Source: Eledone cirrhosa
Lineage: Eukaryota
Direction of reading: 5' to 3'
DNA length: 64,000 nt
Assembly (NCBI GenBank): GCA_964016885.1
Contig: OZ024744.1
Span: forward strand, 97,650,001 to 97,714,000
In this document: positions 44,221 to 55,694 of the stretch, piece after piece
Layout of the letters: each line of letters opens with the position of its first letter
Numbering within the stretch: the first letter of the stretch is position 1
The notes under the pieces: generated by a model
Database searches by the model: none
What the model was told of the DNA's origin: nothing
Seen by the model: only the letters and a program-made list of their open reading frames with translations
Made by a program: the position numbers and the translations under genes

Positions 44221-44888
44221 CGTCAATTATGTAATATACTAACACATTCGACATGAAAACTAAGAGAACGTGATATTACTAAGTAGGAAACTCTCTAGAT
44301 ATTAATAAATCCCTCATTAACGTATTTCTAACGTCAATTATGTAATATACTAACACATTCGACATGAAAACTAAGAGAACGTGATATTACTAAGTAGGAA
44401 ACTCTCTAGATATTAATAAACCCCTCATTAACGTATTTCTAACGTCAATTATGTAATATACTAACACATTCGACATGAAAACTAAGAGAACGTGATATTA
44501 CTAAGTAGGAAACTCTCTAGATATTAATAAATCCCTCATTAACGTATTTCTAACGTCAATTATGTAATATACTAACACATTCGACATGAAAACTAAGAGA
44601 ACGTGATATTACTAAGTAGGAAACTCTCTAGATATTAATAAACCCCTCATTAACGTATTTCTAACGTCAATTATGTAATATACTAACACATTCGACATGA
44701 AAACTAAGAGAACGTGATATTACTAAGTAGGAAACTCTCTAGATATTAATAAATCCCTCATTAACGTATTTCTAACGTCAATTATGTAATATACTAACAC
44801 ATTCGACATGAAAACTAAGAGAACGTGATATTACTAAGTAGGAAACTCTCTAGATATTAATAAACCCTTCATTAACGTATTTCTAACG
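44220..44888. repeat. 111-bp tandem array, 6 copies
   Basis: Unit acgtcaattatgtaatatactaacacattcgac...cattaacgtatttcta; copies nearly identical. Confidence 0.97.
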
Positions 44889-44906
44889 AGATATACTGTA
44901 TGTATA

Positions 44907-45116
44907 GCGTGTGGCCGAGTGGTTAGAGAATTGGATTCGCAATCGTGAGGTTGTGAGTTCGATTCTCGGACCGGGCGATGCGTTATGTCATTGAGCAAGA
45001 CACTTTATTCCACGTTGCTCCTTCTGTCTGGAGTTGTTACTGATAGAGAGTATTAGCAATTGGAAAGACCGATGGAAACATTGTTTCCTCGGTCCGATTT
45101 GACGAAAATCGATCGA
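44907..45116 (+). mobile_element. Third tRNA-derived SINE family (gtcc/attgagcaagacactttatt.cacgttgctcc core)
   Basis: Head gcgtgtggccgagtggttag...gagttcgattctc. Copies or relatives at 30460-30675 (-), 22665-22815 (+), 1625-1760 (-), 29120-29353 (-), 51250-51551 (-) and 14755-14830 (-). Confidence 0.75.
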
Positions 45117-45952
45117 CTGTCTAATACTGTATGTGAATTAATTAATGTTTTCTTATTCAGGCACAAGGCCAACAATTCACTCACTAGGAAATAGGTCAAC
45201 CCGATGTTAAGATGCCACGCAGTAGAATCGAAACGATGACCTAATGATTGCGCAGCGAACTTCATAACCATTGTACCACACCGCGTCCCCTCGATTAACA
45301 GAGATTCTTCACCCCAGGCACGTACTTACACAGTTCCTCTTTTTTTACCGTGCTACAGTCATGAGTCAAGGGTATTGGTTGTACGTTACGTAGATTTGCT
45401 ACCAAGCGCTCATATTCTATAGAAGTTAATGGCGAAACTGTTCAAGATGTGCGGAGAGCAACGGAACCATTTCTTCCCACTATCATACAGCATCTGCTCG
45501 TGACTGATTTGTGTGTGAAGTTATGTAGGACGGAATTGAGTGCCAACCGTGTCCATCATAAAGATCACAGATGAAAAAGAAGAGATGTTATAATGGACAA
45601 TATGAAAAAAGGACAGACACAAGAATTTTAGCCTTCCATCTTAGCTGTCATCAACTTCTTCAAGTACCACTCCAGCACGTGGCTGTAAGACAGGAGATGA
45701 TAGCTAGGAGAAAACACATGCCTTTAGTGGTCAAAGTAAGTCAGGATCTATGAGGTTCTCTGATAAAGATTGGGACATATGTATATATGATGATTTCTTT
45801 TTGAATGAAACAGTTCTAGTCATGTAGAAGCCATTTCTATATTAAACTTGATATTTACACTCTACTAATGTATTGAGTTCCTTACTAACTGTGGTGACTC
45901 TCGATTGAACCCGAGACTCATCTACAAGTGAAGTTATTCTTTTCCTTTTTCG

Positions 45953-46081
<129 letters not shown>

Positions 46082-46620
46082 ATATTTGGGGAGGGTCATA
46101 TTGTTACAATATTGCCATACATATATATAATCTATATAGAGCCTATATCTATATTTTTAAACGTTGGTTAATCAATAATAAACATTGATTACCAGATAAA
46201 TTAACTATAGGGATATAAAGGATACAGAAACGAAAACTAATCTAAACGAAACTGTTAGTGTGTTTTATTATTATTTCTGGCAATATTATAACAATATGAC
46301 CCTCCCCAAATATAACATGTGTTTCAACACACGATTTCATATCAAAACCTTGCAAAACAAATTCATATATATATATATATATATATATATAAGTTATTTC
46401 ACATTAACTTTTTCTTCTTTCAATTTGTTGTTTCTTATCATCACGACGTAAAAGCCCCCAAAACGTTTTGTAATTTATCTTTATAATGTCTCCATCTAAC
46501 ACTTTTGTTTTAGAGACTCCATTAGAAATTAAGGGACCAGTGATCAAAGAACAGTGATCAGAGATTAGTTATCAGGGGTCAGTGATCAGAGATTATAGAT
46601 CAGTGAATTTAATTACTTAC

Positions 46621-46760
46621 CGGTAGTAGACTCTTCCTGTTCTTGTAGTGTCAACATCAGCCAGGAAAGGAGCGATCATTTTAAATCCAGATGGTATAGT
46701 TAACGAAGACTGGTAACTCGGCAGATCCGTTTCAAATGTCACGTGCCCATTATTGTTAAC
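46621..46760 (-). CDS. Internal coding exon of a NIDO-domain extracellular protein (SNED1/alpha-tectorin/nidogen-like)
   Basis: Minus strand reads ttcattacag|GTT AAC AAT AAT GGG...GTC TAC TAC CG|gtaag: canonical acceptor and donor, 140 bp, phase 0 to phase 2, no stops. Translation VNNNGHVTFETDLPSYQSSLTIPSGFKMIAPFLADVDTTRTGRVYYR matches the NIDO-region signature VNNNG..F...IAPF(W/L)ADVD....G.VYYR. Not in the ORF track; no other exons found. Confidence 0.9.
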
Positions 46761-47005
46761 CTGTAATGAAACATGTAGATACATTTTAAATATATATATA
46801 TATAAGTTTACCCCGGGTTCAATCGGGGGTAACCACAGTACGTAAGGTACTCAATGCATCGTAGAGTATAAATATCTAATATAGAAATGTCTTCTACAGG
46901 ACTAGAACTGTTTTATTCGGGAGAAATCATCAGGGCTTTCCTAATGATTTCTCCCGAATGAAACAGTTCTGGTCCTGTAGAAGTCATTTATATATATATA
47001 TATAT

Positions 47006-47400
47006 ATTGTTATACTTTGGGAGGGTCATGTTGCCAATAAGAAACACACGCACCAGTTGCTTTCACTCCAATTTATTATAAATTAAATTTATAAATTTAA
47101 GAATTTATAAATTTCCGGTTGGTTGGTTGGTTCCACAACCGGACGGTTGTTCATATATTGTCAAAGTTCTTTCGTCACACATTCTGTGACCTCTTCAGTG
47201 ACTGGGGATTCTTTTCTTTGTTTTTTGCCTCTCCTTTGTTCTGTCCTACGCCATCTTGTTTCTGTGTGGAACCAACCAACCAACAAACCGGAAATTTATA
47301 AATTCTTAAATTTATAAATTTGATTTATAATAAATTGGAGTGAAAGCAACTGGTGCGTGTGTTTCTTATTGGCAACATGACCCTCCCAAAGCATAACAAT
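47006..47400. mobile_element. Inverted-repeat element (arms of about 130 bp) enclosing a hammerhead motif; probable Penelope-like pLTR remnant
   Basis: 47006-47137 pairs with 47265-47400; the spacer contains the HHR at 47160-47202; flanked by (TA)n. Related pieces at 46078-46370 and 48080-48320. Confidence 0.65.
47160..47202 (-). ncRNA. Minimal type I hammerhead ribozyme motif (Penelope-like-element type)
   Basis: GUCA-CUGAAGA-G-GUCACA(GAAUG)UGUGAC-GAAA-GAAC-UU-UGAC: intact core boxes, 6-bp stem II, 4-bp stem I (GUCA/UGAC) and a vestigial stem III. A degenerate paralogue at 48082-48120 (+) has a palindromic stem III (AGAUCU). Confidence 0.7.
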
Positions 47401-47454
47401 ATCGGTTTCAACACACGTTTTCAGATAAAGAATCTTGCTAAACAAATTCAGAAA

Positions 47455-47489
<35 letters not shown>

Positions 47490-47704
47490 TTCTAGTATAG
47501 GCACAATGCCAGTAATTTTGGGGAAGGGGAAAGTCGATTAAATCGACACCAGTGCGTTACTGGTGCTTTATTTTATCGACCCCGTGAGGATGAAAGGCAA
47601 AGTTAACCGCGGCGGGATTTGAACTCAGAATAAGTAAAGGACCGTAAACTCTATGCTGCAAAGCATCGTGTCCGACTCTCTACCGATACTGCCAATCCAC
47701 CGCC

Positions 47705-47751
<47 letters not shown>

Positions 47752-48924
47752 TGCATGTATGTACGTTTGTGTGTATGTATGCATGCATGTATGCATGCAT
47801 GTGTGTACGTATGTACGTAGAGAGAGAGAGAGAGAGATAGACAATTAAAACGAAAGTGCACACAAACAGGATATCTAATATAATATAGTTTATAATAATA
47901 TTGAAGAACAAATGCACTCTATGTTCCACAGTTTATAACAACATTCAATGTTAAATGTTATACACAGCTTATAATAATATTATCATGATATTAATTATTG
48001 TCTCATCAACGCTTTATCAACTTTAACCGATTTTCTGCATGTAACTAATCATAAGTCTTTACAGTAAATAAATATCATCTATAGAAGATGTCACAGAAAT
48101 GTGTGACGAAAGATCTTTGTATGAATTATATTTATATTTATATTTATATTTTTAACTGTTGGTCAACTAATGATAAACATTGATTGCCAGCTAAATTATT
48201 TATAGAAATATAAAGATATATACAGAACTAAAGCGAAAACCAACCCAAACGGTGAGTGTGTTTTACTTTATTTTTTCTGGATATTAGGACAACATGACTC
48301 TCCTCAAATATAACAGTATCATCTAATATTCCACTTTATCGAAGACCGCTAAGATAGGACGTTATGACATAGCGTTATCATAGAATGCTGGTGTTCTTGT
48401 ACTATATTTTAAAATGTAAGGATCCTTGCGGTAGTCACACGTGACTTGGTACGTGTTTTTTTTGTTTTGTTTTGTTTTTTGGCGGGGGTTTTGTGGGGTG
48501 TGGACAAAATATTTATTATACCTAAACATTTAAGCGTGGATTATATATCTTAATTAGAATTTTCTCCTTGTTGCTCCGTAATGTCATCTGCAAAATTGAT
48601 AAATTCGACAAGATTTCTGAATTTGGGGAAATTTCTATCCTTCTTGTATTTATATCTCAGATTTGTTATCAGTGGACGGTCATCTGTTTGTTTCTATAGA
48701 CTATTGCCAAATATTCTGATGAAATTTACTCCACATCAGCAACATGTTAAAACATAAACGGGATAGCCAAATGAACATGTGTAACATTTTTAAGTTTAAG
48801 TTTCTCCATGTTCTCTTATTAACAGAACCCCATGGGTAATGGCCGAAAGAAAATGATCGCAAATACAAGCGGGCAAAATAGGGTTCTCCCGAAGGGTTTT
48901 GTAGTAGCGTTATTTGGTTGAGTG

Positions 48925-49320
48925 CGTAACTCGGAGATCAGAGTGTCACTCCAGGTAGAGCTGCTACTTCTCCAAATTGAGGGATCACAGCTCTGATACT
49001 ATGGCCATATGGTTAGAATGTCTCAGGAAAGAATCGCTGGACAGATTTGTAGCTTGGAGATCAGAGAGCCACTCCAGTTAGTCATTACTTTTCCGAATTG
49101 TGAGATCACAGCTCTGATACTATGGCCATATGGTTAGAATGTCTCAGCAAAGAATCTCTGGACAGATTTGGAACTTGGATATCAGAGAGTCACTCCAGGT
49201 AGAGCCACTACTTCTCTGAATTGAGAGATCACAGCTCTGATACTATGGACATGTGGTTAGAATGCCTCAGGAAAGAATTACTGGACAGATTTTACGGGCA
49301 AAACCAACCGGTAGGAGACG
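48925..49320 (+). mobile_element. Same RTE 3' fragment as 2927-3310, with the unit of about 121 bp triplicated
   Basis: Three copies of ggagatcagag..actccaggtagag...gatactatgg.catatggttagaatgtctcag starting near 48930, 49052 and 49172. Confidence 0.75.
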
Positions 49321-50169
49321 TAATATATTCACAAATTCCACAATTAGGTCTTCCACATTTTGGTATTCGTGGATTGTCAATCAATATATGAATTTTTGCA
49401 CCTATAAATAATTTTTTTTTCGAAATTTTCAGTTGTCGTTTACTCTTTATAATTTACTGATGCCCCAAGACTTGTTTCATTTTTTAATTATTATACAAAA
49501 TTGATTGATTCCTGTGAATATAACTATATTTTGTATATTCTTTGGATTGTATGTTGATATAAATGGAGATGTGTTTTCTTTTTACTGTCCAAAATTTTTG
49601 AATATTTATATTTTTTTAAATTTTCAATAAACTGGGGTGAAATTTTCAAAAACTTTGTAATTCTACCAGAATATAAGCTATATTCTGAGTTCAATCCTCA
49701 TCGAGGTTAGCTTTTCATTTCATCTTTACAAAGTCGATAAAATAAAGTACCAGTAATGTACTGGAGTTGATTTAATCGAATTTTTCCTCCCCCCAAAATG
49801 TCTGACCTTTTGCCTATATAAGAAATCTTTATTATTGAGGGCGGGGGATTGGCAGTATTAGTAGAGCCTCGGTCACCATGCTTTGCAGCACAGAGTTACG
49901 GCCCTTTACGGTCTGAGTTCAAATCCCCTCTCATTATGACTTACGGGGTCGATAAAATAAAGTACCAGTAATACACTGAGTAATTGCTGGCCTTGTGCCT
50001 AACGTAGAAACAATTATGACTCTAAACTATGTTTAGATGCCTGTGAACAGTAGGCAGAGCACAGGCGGTAGCAGTTACATGTATTACGGTCGTCTGCCTG
50101 GCTACATCCGCAGTTGCTACTGCCAAACTTAGGTTTGCCAATTCACCGCCTTGAATATATGGATATAAA

Positions 50170-50510
50170 CAGATGGTCTAATGAAAAGTTCATAGGCTGA
50201 CTAAGATACTCTCATGGAATGACCAAATGAGGTTTATTTTTCAACATAATCCCTGGAAACAAACAATGTAGTTATTAAGAAGAGTTGAATTTAATGCATG
50301 TAAGATTTCACGGCTCTAGCATCACTCCTTCATAGGCTGACCAAGATACTCTCATGGAATGACCAAATGAGGTTTATTTTTCAACATAATCCGTGGAAAG
50401 AAACAATGTAGTTATTAATAAGAAGAGGTGAAATTTAAGCTTGCAAGATTTCAGAGCCCTAGCATCACTCCTTCGTAGTCAGCCTATGGACTTTTCAGCC
50501 GACCCTCATA
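50170..50510. mobile_element. Tc1/mariner-type MITE with an internal duplication of about 140 bp
   Basis: Left tgaaaagttcataggctgact and right agtcagcctatggacttttcagccgaccctcata (mariner-like TA..GAGGG end). Internal segment repeats at about 50190 and 50330. Confidence 0.7.
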
Positions 50511-50841
50511 CATTAGACATCGTCATATAGATACGTGGTTTCGGTTTCGATCCCACCGTTTGCCAATTTCGATAGGTGTCTTTTATATAATCGACAGAAA
50601 CATTTAATGAACTTGTCTCAGCATGGTCTCAGTACGACTGAAGCCAGTTAAATAATTGTTTCTACTTTTGGCACAAGGCCATCAAATATCCAGTACATTA
50701 CTGGTACTTTATTTTATCGACCCCGTATGGATGAAAAGCAAAGTTAACCTCGGCGGGATTTGAACTCAGACCGCAAAGGGACGTAACTATGCTGGAAAGT
50801 ATGGCGTCCGACCCTCTACAGATAATGGTTTCTGATTTAGG

Positions 50842-50913
<72 letters not shown>

Positions 50914-50955
50914 ATATATGAGGATAAACGTGCTGCGTGGTTGCTAATGGGTTAC

Positions 50956-51205
50956 ATATGAATAAAGTTAGTCCTTCATCAGTGATCTTCCAACCATCAT
51001 TGGTATTTCATCGCTTTAAAGACCATATACCTCCGGTTGGTGCGAGCAACGGCTAAAAAAAGTCGTTGGGACACGTGTGTCCCCTTTATTTACGTGTCCC
51101 AACGACTTTTTTTAGCCGTTGCTCGCACCAACCGGAGGTATATGGTCTTTAAAGCGATGAAATACCAATGATGGTTGGAAGATCACTGATGAAGGACTAA
51201 CTTTA

Positions 51206-51212
<7 letters not shown>
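50956..51212. repeat. Long perfect inverted repeat (arms of about 121 bp, 15-nt loop) between (TA)n tracts
   Basis: 50956-51076 is the reverse complement of 51092-51212. Single-arm copies at about 34460-34630 and 57720-57880. Confidence 0.95.
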
Positions 51213-51246
<34 letters not shown>

Positions 51247-51641
51247 AGGCCCCTATCGGTCAGTAATGACCGTGGATTTGCACCTAGAAAGTTTCCCTCT
51301 GAGGTACAAGCCTGAGCTAGTTGTTTGTGGAAGACCAGCAGTCTCCCCTCACCTCGCCACCGATGTTGTCCAAGGGAAATACGATGGCTGATACAGTTTG
51401 GCATCAGTGACATCGCAACTCATTTCTACAGCTGAGTAAACTGGAAATAATGTGTCTTGTTCAAGGACACAACGCATCACCCGGTCTGACAATCGAACGC
51501 AGAACCTCCCAATAGCAATTCCAACATTCTAAACATTAAACCATGCGCCTTCCCTATCTATCTATATATATATATATATACGGATATGAGATTAGTGGAT
51601 TCTGCTGAAAACTGTTGGTTGTTGTATTGAATCTTCTAACA

Positions 51642-52135
51642 CAAGGGTGGGTAAACTACGACCCACAAGCCAAATGCGGCCCATCAAACAGTTTTGTGCG
51701 GCCCATGGAAGCATTTGGCGAATTAATAAAAAAAAAAATAAATAAATAAATAAACAAATTAAAAGAAAACTTTGTTTTAAGATTTTTGTATTTAATCATT
51801 TATTAATTTATGTATTCTAATGATGCCGTTTATTAACCCACAACAGTTGACATAAAGTATAACATTAAGGACGGTGCAGGACGGTACAGGACGGTACAGG
51901 ACGGTACAGGACGGTACAAATGGGCATTTCTGCATGTAATGATGCAGTTTATATTTTATATTTTTTTAAATTCTAACTGAAGAAAAGTAAAGTTACTGAC
52001 ACACTATATCCAATAATATCTAGTACTATACTATACTGTACTGTACTATACTGTACTATACTGTACTATACTATACTGTACTATATCCAATAATAAATGG
52101 TGCGGCCCTCGATCCAAAAAGTTTGCCCACCCCTG
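51642..52135. mobile_element. hAT (Charlie-like) MITE with a nested LINE 3' fragment
   Basis: TIRs caagggtgggtaaact / agtttgcccacccctg, subterminal gcggccc motifs, 8-bp TSD ttctaaca / ctctaaca. Confidence 0.8.
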
Positions 52136-52147
52136 CTCTAACATGAT

Positions 52148-52919
52148 CGTTCCTTATAAATTCCATCCTAGAAAATTCCTCTCTCGAAAATATTTCCCTA
52201 AAAATTTCATCCTCGAAATATTAATCCTGGCAAAAATTCTCCTCCACGAAAATTTCACCCTAGAAAATAGTTTCTATGTAGCTTGATTAAAAGAAACAAA
52301 AACTGTAATAAAAATTCTAAACTTTTATTATAATCGAAGAAAATAAAATAAAGTACCAGTCACGCACTGGGGGTCGATTTAATCGACTTTCCCCTCCCAC
52401 AAAATTGATGGCCTTGTGCCTATATAAGAAACCATTGTTGTTGCTGTTGTGGTTGTTGTTATTCTTTTTGGGGCGGTGGATTGGCAGTATCGGTAGAGTC
52501 GGACACCATGCTTTGCAGCATAGAGTTACGGCCCTTTACGGTCTGCGTTCAAATCCCGCCGAGGTTAACTTTGCCTTTCATCCTTACGGGGTCGATAAAA
52601 TAACGTACCAGTAACGTACTGAGGTCGATTTAATCGATTTTCCCTTCCCACCAGATTACTGGCCTTGTGCCTGTACTAGAAATCATTATAATCGAAGAAA
52701 ATAATCAATTGACTTACTACTACTATCGACATAGCTTCGATTCTCGTAATGGTCAAAACATTATTATTGACGTCAAGAAGGAAATTGACTGCAAAGTTTA
52801 AAATGCTAATCTCATGCCAGCAGTCATTTAGTCTTTATGGGGTTAAATTTTCGATGGGGAAATTTTCAAGGTGGAAGTTTCAGAGAGGAATTTTCTAAGG
52901 AAACATTTTTGGAGTCACC
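52148..52919. mobile_element. Foldback/Mutator-like MITE with arrays of short subterminal repeats and a nested SINE dimer
   Basis: Left (aaaatt.c.ccc)-type repeats face right (ggg.aatttt)-type repeats. Flanked by the 8-bp direct repeat aacatgat. Confidence 0.5.
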
Positions 52920-53866
52920 AACATGATTAAGGCCGTGTATGAGCCTTTAAAAGGTTTTGATATTCAAACACTACCAGATATTTTTTGCAAATTTTTATAA
53001 TTACAAGCCTCAATAAAGTCATCTCACGTTTTCGTATGTTTCTGAGGTTGATGACAAAGAAAAGAAAGGAAAACCTGGATGCATTAAGACGATCATATGT
53101 TTCTAGATAAAACAAATAGTTATATGAAACAGAAGCCATGAAGATCCCTCGTCAAGATTTCATTCACGTCTGACAAGTGAGTTTCTTTACATATTTTGGG
53201 AGTACAATCAGCGACAGTTATACGACAGGATGGCGGAAGCGGGAGGCGAAACGCGGAAGTAAGAAAACATAGATAGCATTTAGAAAGCTTCATTAGCCCT
53301 TTGTTACAACAGTCCCGTATAACACACATATATACACTCACACATATATACATACATACATACATACATATACATACATACATACATATTGCAAGCATAC
53401 ATACAGATACACACACACACACATACATATATACATATATATTTACATACATAAAGACAGACAGACAGGCATACAGACAAACAGACGGACAGACTGACAG
53501 GCAGGCTGACAGACAGATGCTAAATACCCGGAAACTCTAAACTGAAGAAGAGTAAAAACAAAAATAAACCAAACAAACAAACAAACAACAACAACAACAA
53601 CAACAACATATCAATGAATAATTATGTGCCTTCCATACTCACGAACAGGTTATGACTAAAACGTTAACTATCTAAGCAAATGCTGGGCCATCTGGATTCA
53701 ATATTACTTTTGATGTCATTTGAGTCTCAGTCATTGATGTTATTTAATAATGGTTTTTGATTTAGTCACATGGTTAACAATTTTTAGAAGAGGGGAAAGT
53801 CGATTAAATCAACCCCAGTGCGTTACTGGTACTTTATTTTATCGACTTTGTAAAGATGAAACGAAA

Positions 53867-53900
<34 letters not shown>

Positions 53901-53968
53901 GGGGTCGATAAAATAAAGTACCAGTAATGCACTGGGTAATTGCTGGCCTTGTGCCTTAAGTAGAAACA

Positions 53969-54003
<35 letters not shown>

Positions 54004-54332
54004 GCTCTCTTCCCAGCATTTTGTTGAAAGATGGGTGAGAGAAGCAAGTATGGCCCGAATGAATGGGCCTACTCTGAGTATGTGTCTGTAAATTAAAGGT
54101 GGAAAACTGGGAGAGGGCACTTGCCCTGGTGGTCAGGGCCACTGTGGTCTTTTAATGGGCTTTCTCCACAAATGTCCCTCGGAAGTCTCCCCCTATTGGG
54201 GAATTTTTCTTTGTTATTTTATTACATCCTCTGTTTTTTTACACGCAGAAATGCCCATTTGTACCGTCCTGCATTGTCCTGTACTGTCCTTAATGTCTAC
54301 TTTATGTAAACCCTTGTGGTTAATAAAGAAAA

Positions 54333-54335
<3 letters not shown>
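54004..54335 (+). mobile_element. LINE 3' end (L1/Tx1-like) with AATAAA and (ATT)n tail, copy 1
   Basis: Closely matches 55153-55490. ORF end LSSQHFVERWVREASMARMNGPTLSMCL*, then a 3' UTR, aataaa and an (ATT)n tail. Clade assignment is tentative. Confidence 0.6.
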
Positions 54336-54371
<36 letters not shown>

Positions 54372-54393
54372 CATTATTATTATTATTATTATT

Positions 54394-55100
54394 CGGGTGA
54401 AACACCATATTTACAAGGAGGAGGCTAGCCCACTGTGTAGGATATGTGGAGAGAGAGAGAGGAGACTGTGGCTCACATTGTATCCGAGTGTAAACACCTA
54501 GCCCAGACTCACTATAAAGGCTGGAGACATGATGTGATGGGCAGGGTGATCCACTGGCACCTATGCAAAGTAAACAACTTACCACATTCTGAGAAGTGGT
54601 ATGAGCATAAGCCAGAGGCGGTGATAGAAAATGATCAGGTGAAGGTGCTATGGGATTTTAGGATACAGACGGACAAGAAATTGGAACACCATAGACCTGA
54701 CCTGGTGGTTTTAGACAAGGAAAAAAGATCGTGCCTGATTGTAGATGTAGCCTGCCCATTCGACACGAGAGTGCAAGACAAGGAGAGGGAGAAAATTAAC
54801 CGATACCAGGACTTAAAGTGGGAGGTAAAAAGGATTTGGAACTGCCATGAAGTCAAAGTGGTCTCAATTGTCATAGGCGCACTAGGTACTATCTCAAAGA
54901 GTTTCCAGGGATGGTTAAAGAAAATTGGTCCCGCCCCGCTTTTTGGAACACTTCAAAAAGCATGCTTGCTAGGAACAGCAAGAATCCTCCGATACGTCCT
55001 GAATATCTGAGGCTGCAGGTAGTGGCTTGATATTCATTTCAACAAACTTTCCAGTTAAATAACATCAATGACTGAGACTCAAAGAACAATAATAATATTA
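54394..55100 (+). mobile_element. 5'-truncated R4/Dong-type LINE 3' end (CCHC plus restriction-like endonuclease)
   Basis: CRICGE / ETVAHIVSEC...RHD...LWDFRIQTD...RPDLVVLDK...IVDVACP...EKINRYQDL...GALG...ILRYVLNI*. One frameshift in a (GA)n run. Starts in (ATT)n and ends in an (AAT)n tail. Confidence 0.9.
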
Positions 55101-55110
55101 ATAATAATTA

Positions 55111-55500
55111 TCAAATTTCATTTGAAAAGGAAAATCAGGGTAGAGAGGGAAGTGCTCTCTTCCCAGCATTTTGTTGAAAGATGGGTGAGAGAAGCAAGTA
55201 TGGCCCGAGTGAATGGGCCTACTCTGAGTATGTGTCTGTAAATTAAAGGTGGAAAACTGGGAGAGGGCACTTGCCCTGGTGGTCAGGGTCACTGTGGCCT
55301 CTTAATAGGCTTTCTCCACAAATGTCCCTCGGAAGTCTCCCCCATATTGGGGAAATTTTCATTTTTTTTTTTGTTACATCCTCTGTTTTTGTTTTTTACA
55401 CGCAGAAATGCCCATTTGTACCGTCCTGTATTGTCCTGTACTGTCCTTAATGTCTACTTTATGTAAACCCTTGTGGTTAATAAAGAAAGCATTATTATTA
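55111..55500 (+). mobile_element. LINE 3' end (L1/Tx1-like), copy 2 with a longer 5' side
   Basis: KFHLKRKIRVEREVLSSQHFVERWVREASMARVNGPTLSMCL*, then 3' UTR and (ATT)n. A third short piece lies at 51828-51938 on the minus strand. Confidence 0.6.
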
Positions 55501-55694
55501 TTATATGGTGGATTGGCAGTATCGGTAGAGGGTCGGACGCCATGCTTTCCAGCATAGTTACGTCCCTTTACGATCTGAGTTCAAATCCCGCCGAGGTTGA
55601 CTTTGCCTTTCATCCTTACGGAGTCGATAAAATAAAGTACCAGTAATGCACTGGGTAATTTCTGGCCTTGTGCCTAAAGTAGAAACAATTATTA

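Noticed and set aside
45330-45420. Possible minus-strand exon (ttctatag ... gtaagt)
   Set aside because: The peptide has no recognisable similarity and the open frame is not phase-compatible with the NIDO exon.
54004-55490. LTR-retrotransposon interpretation of the direct repeats of about 330 bp flanking the RLE ORF
   Set aside because: No TG...CA ends, PBS or PPT. The repeats have different 5' truncation points and AATAAA plus (ATT)n tails, so they are independent LINE 3' ends.
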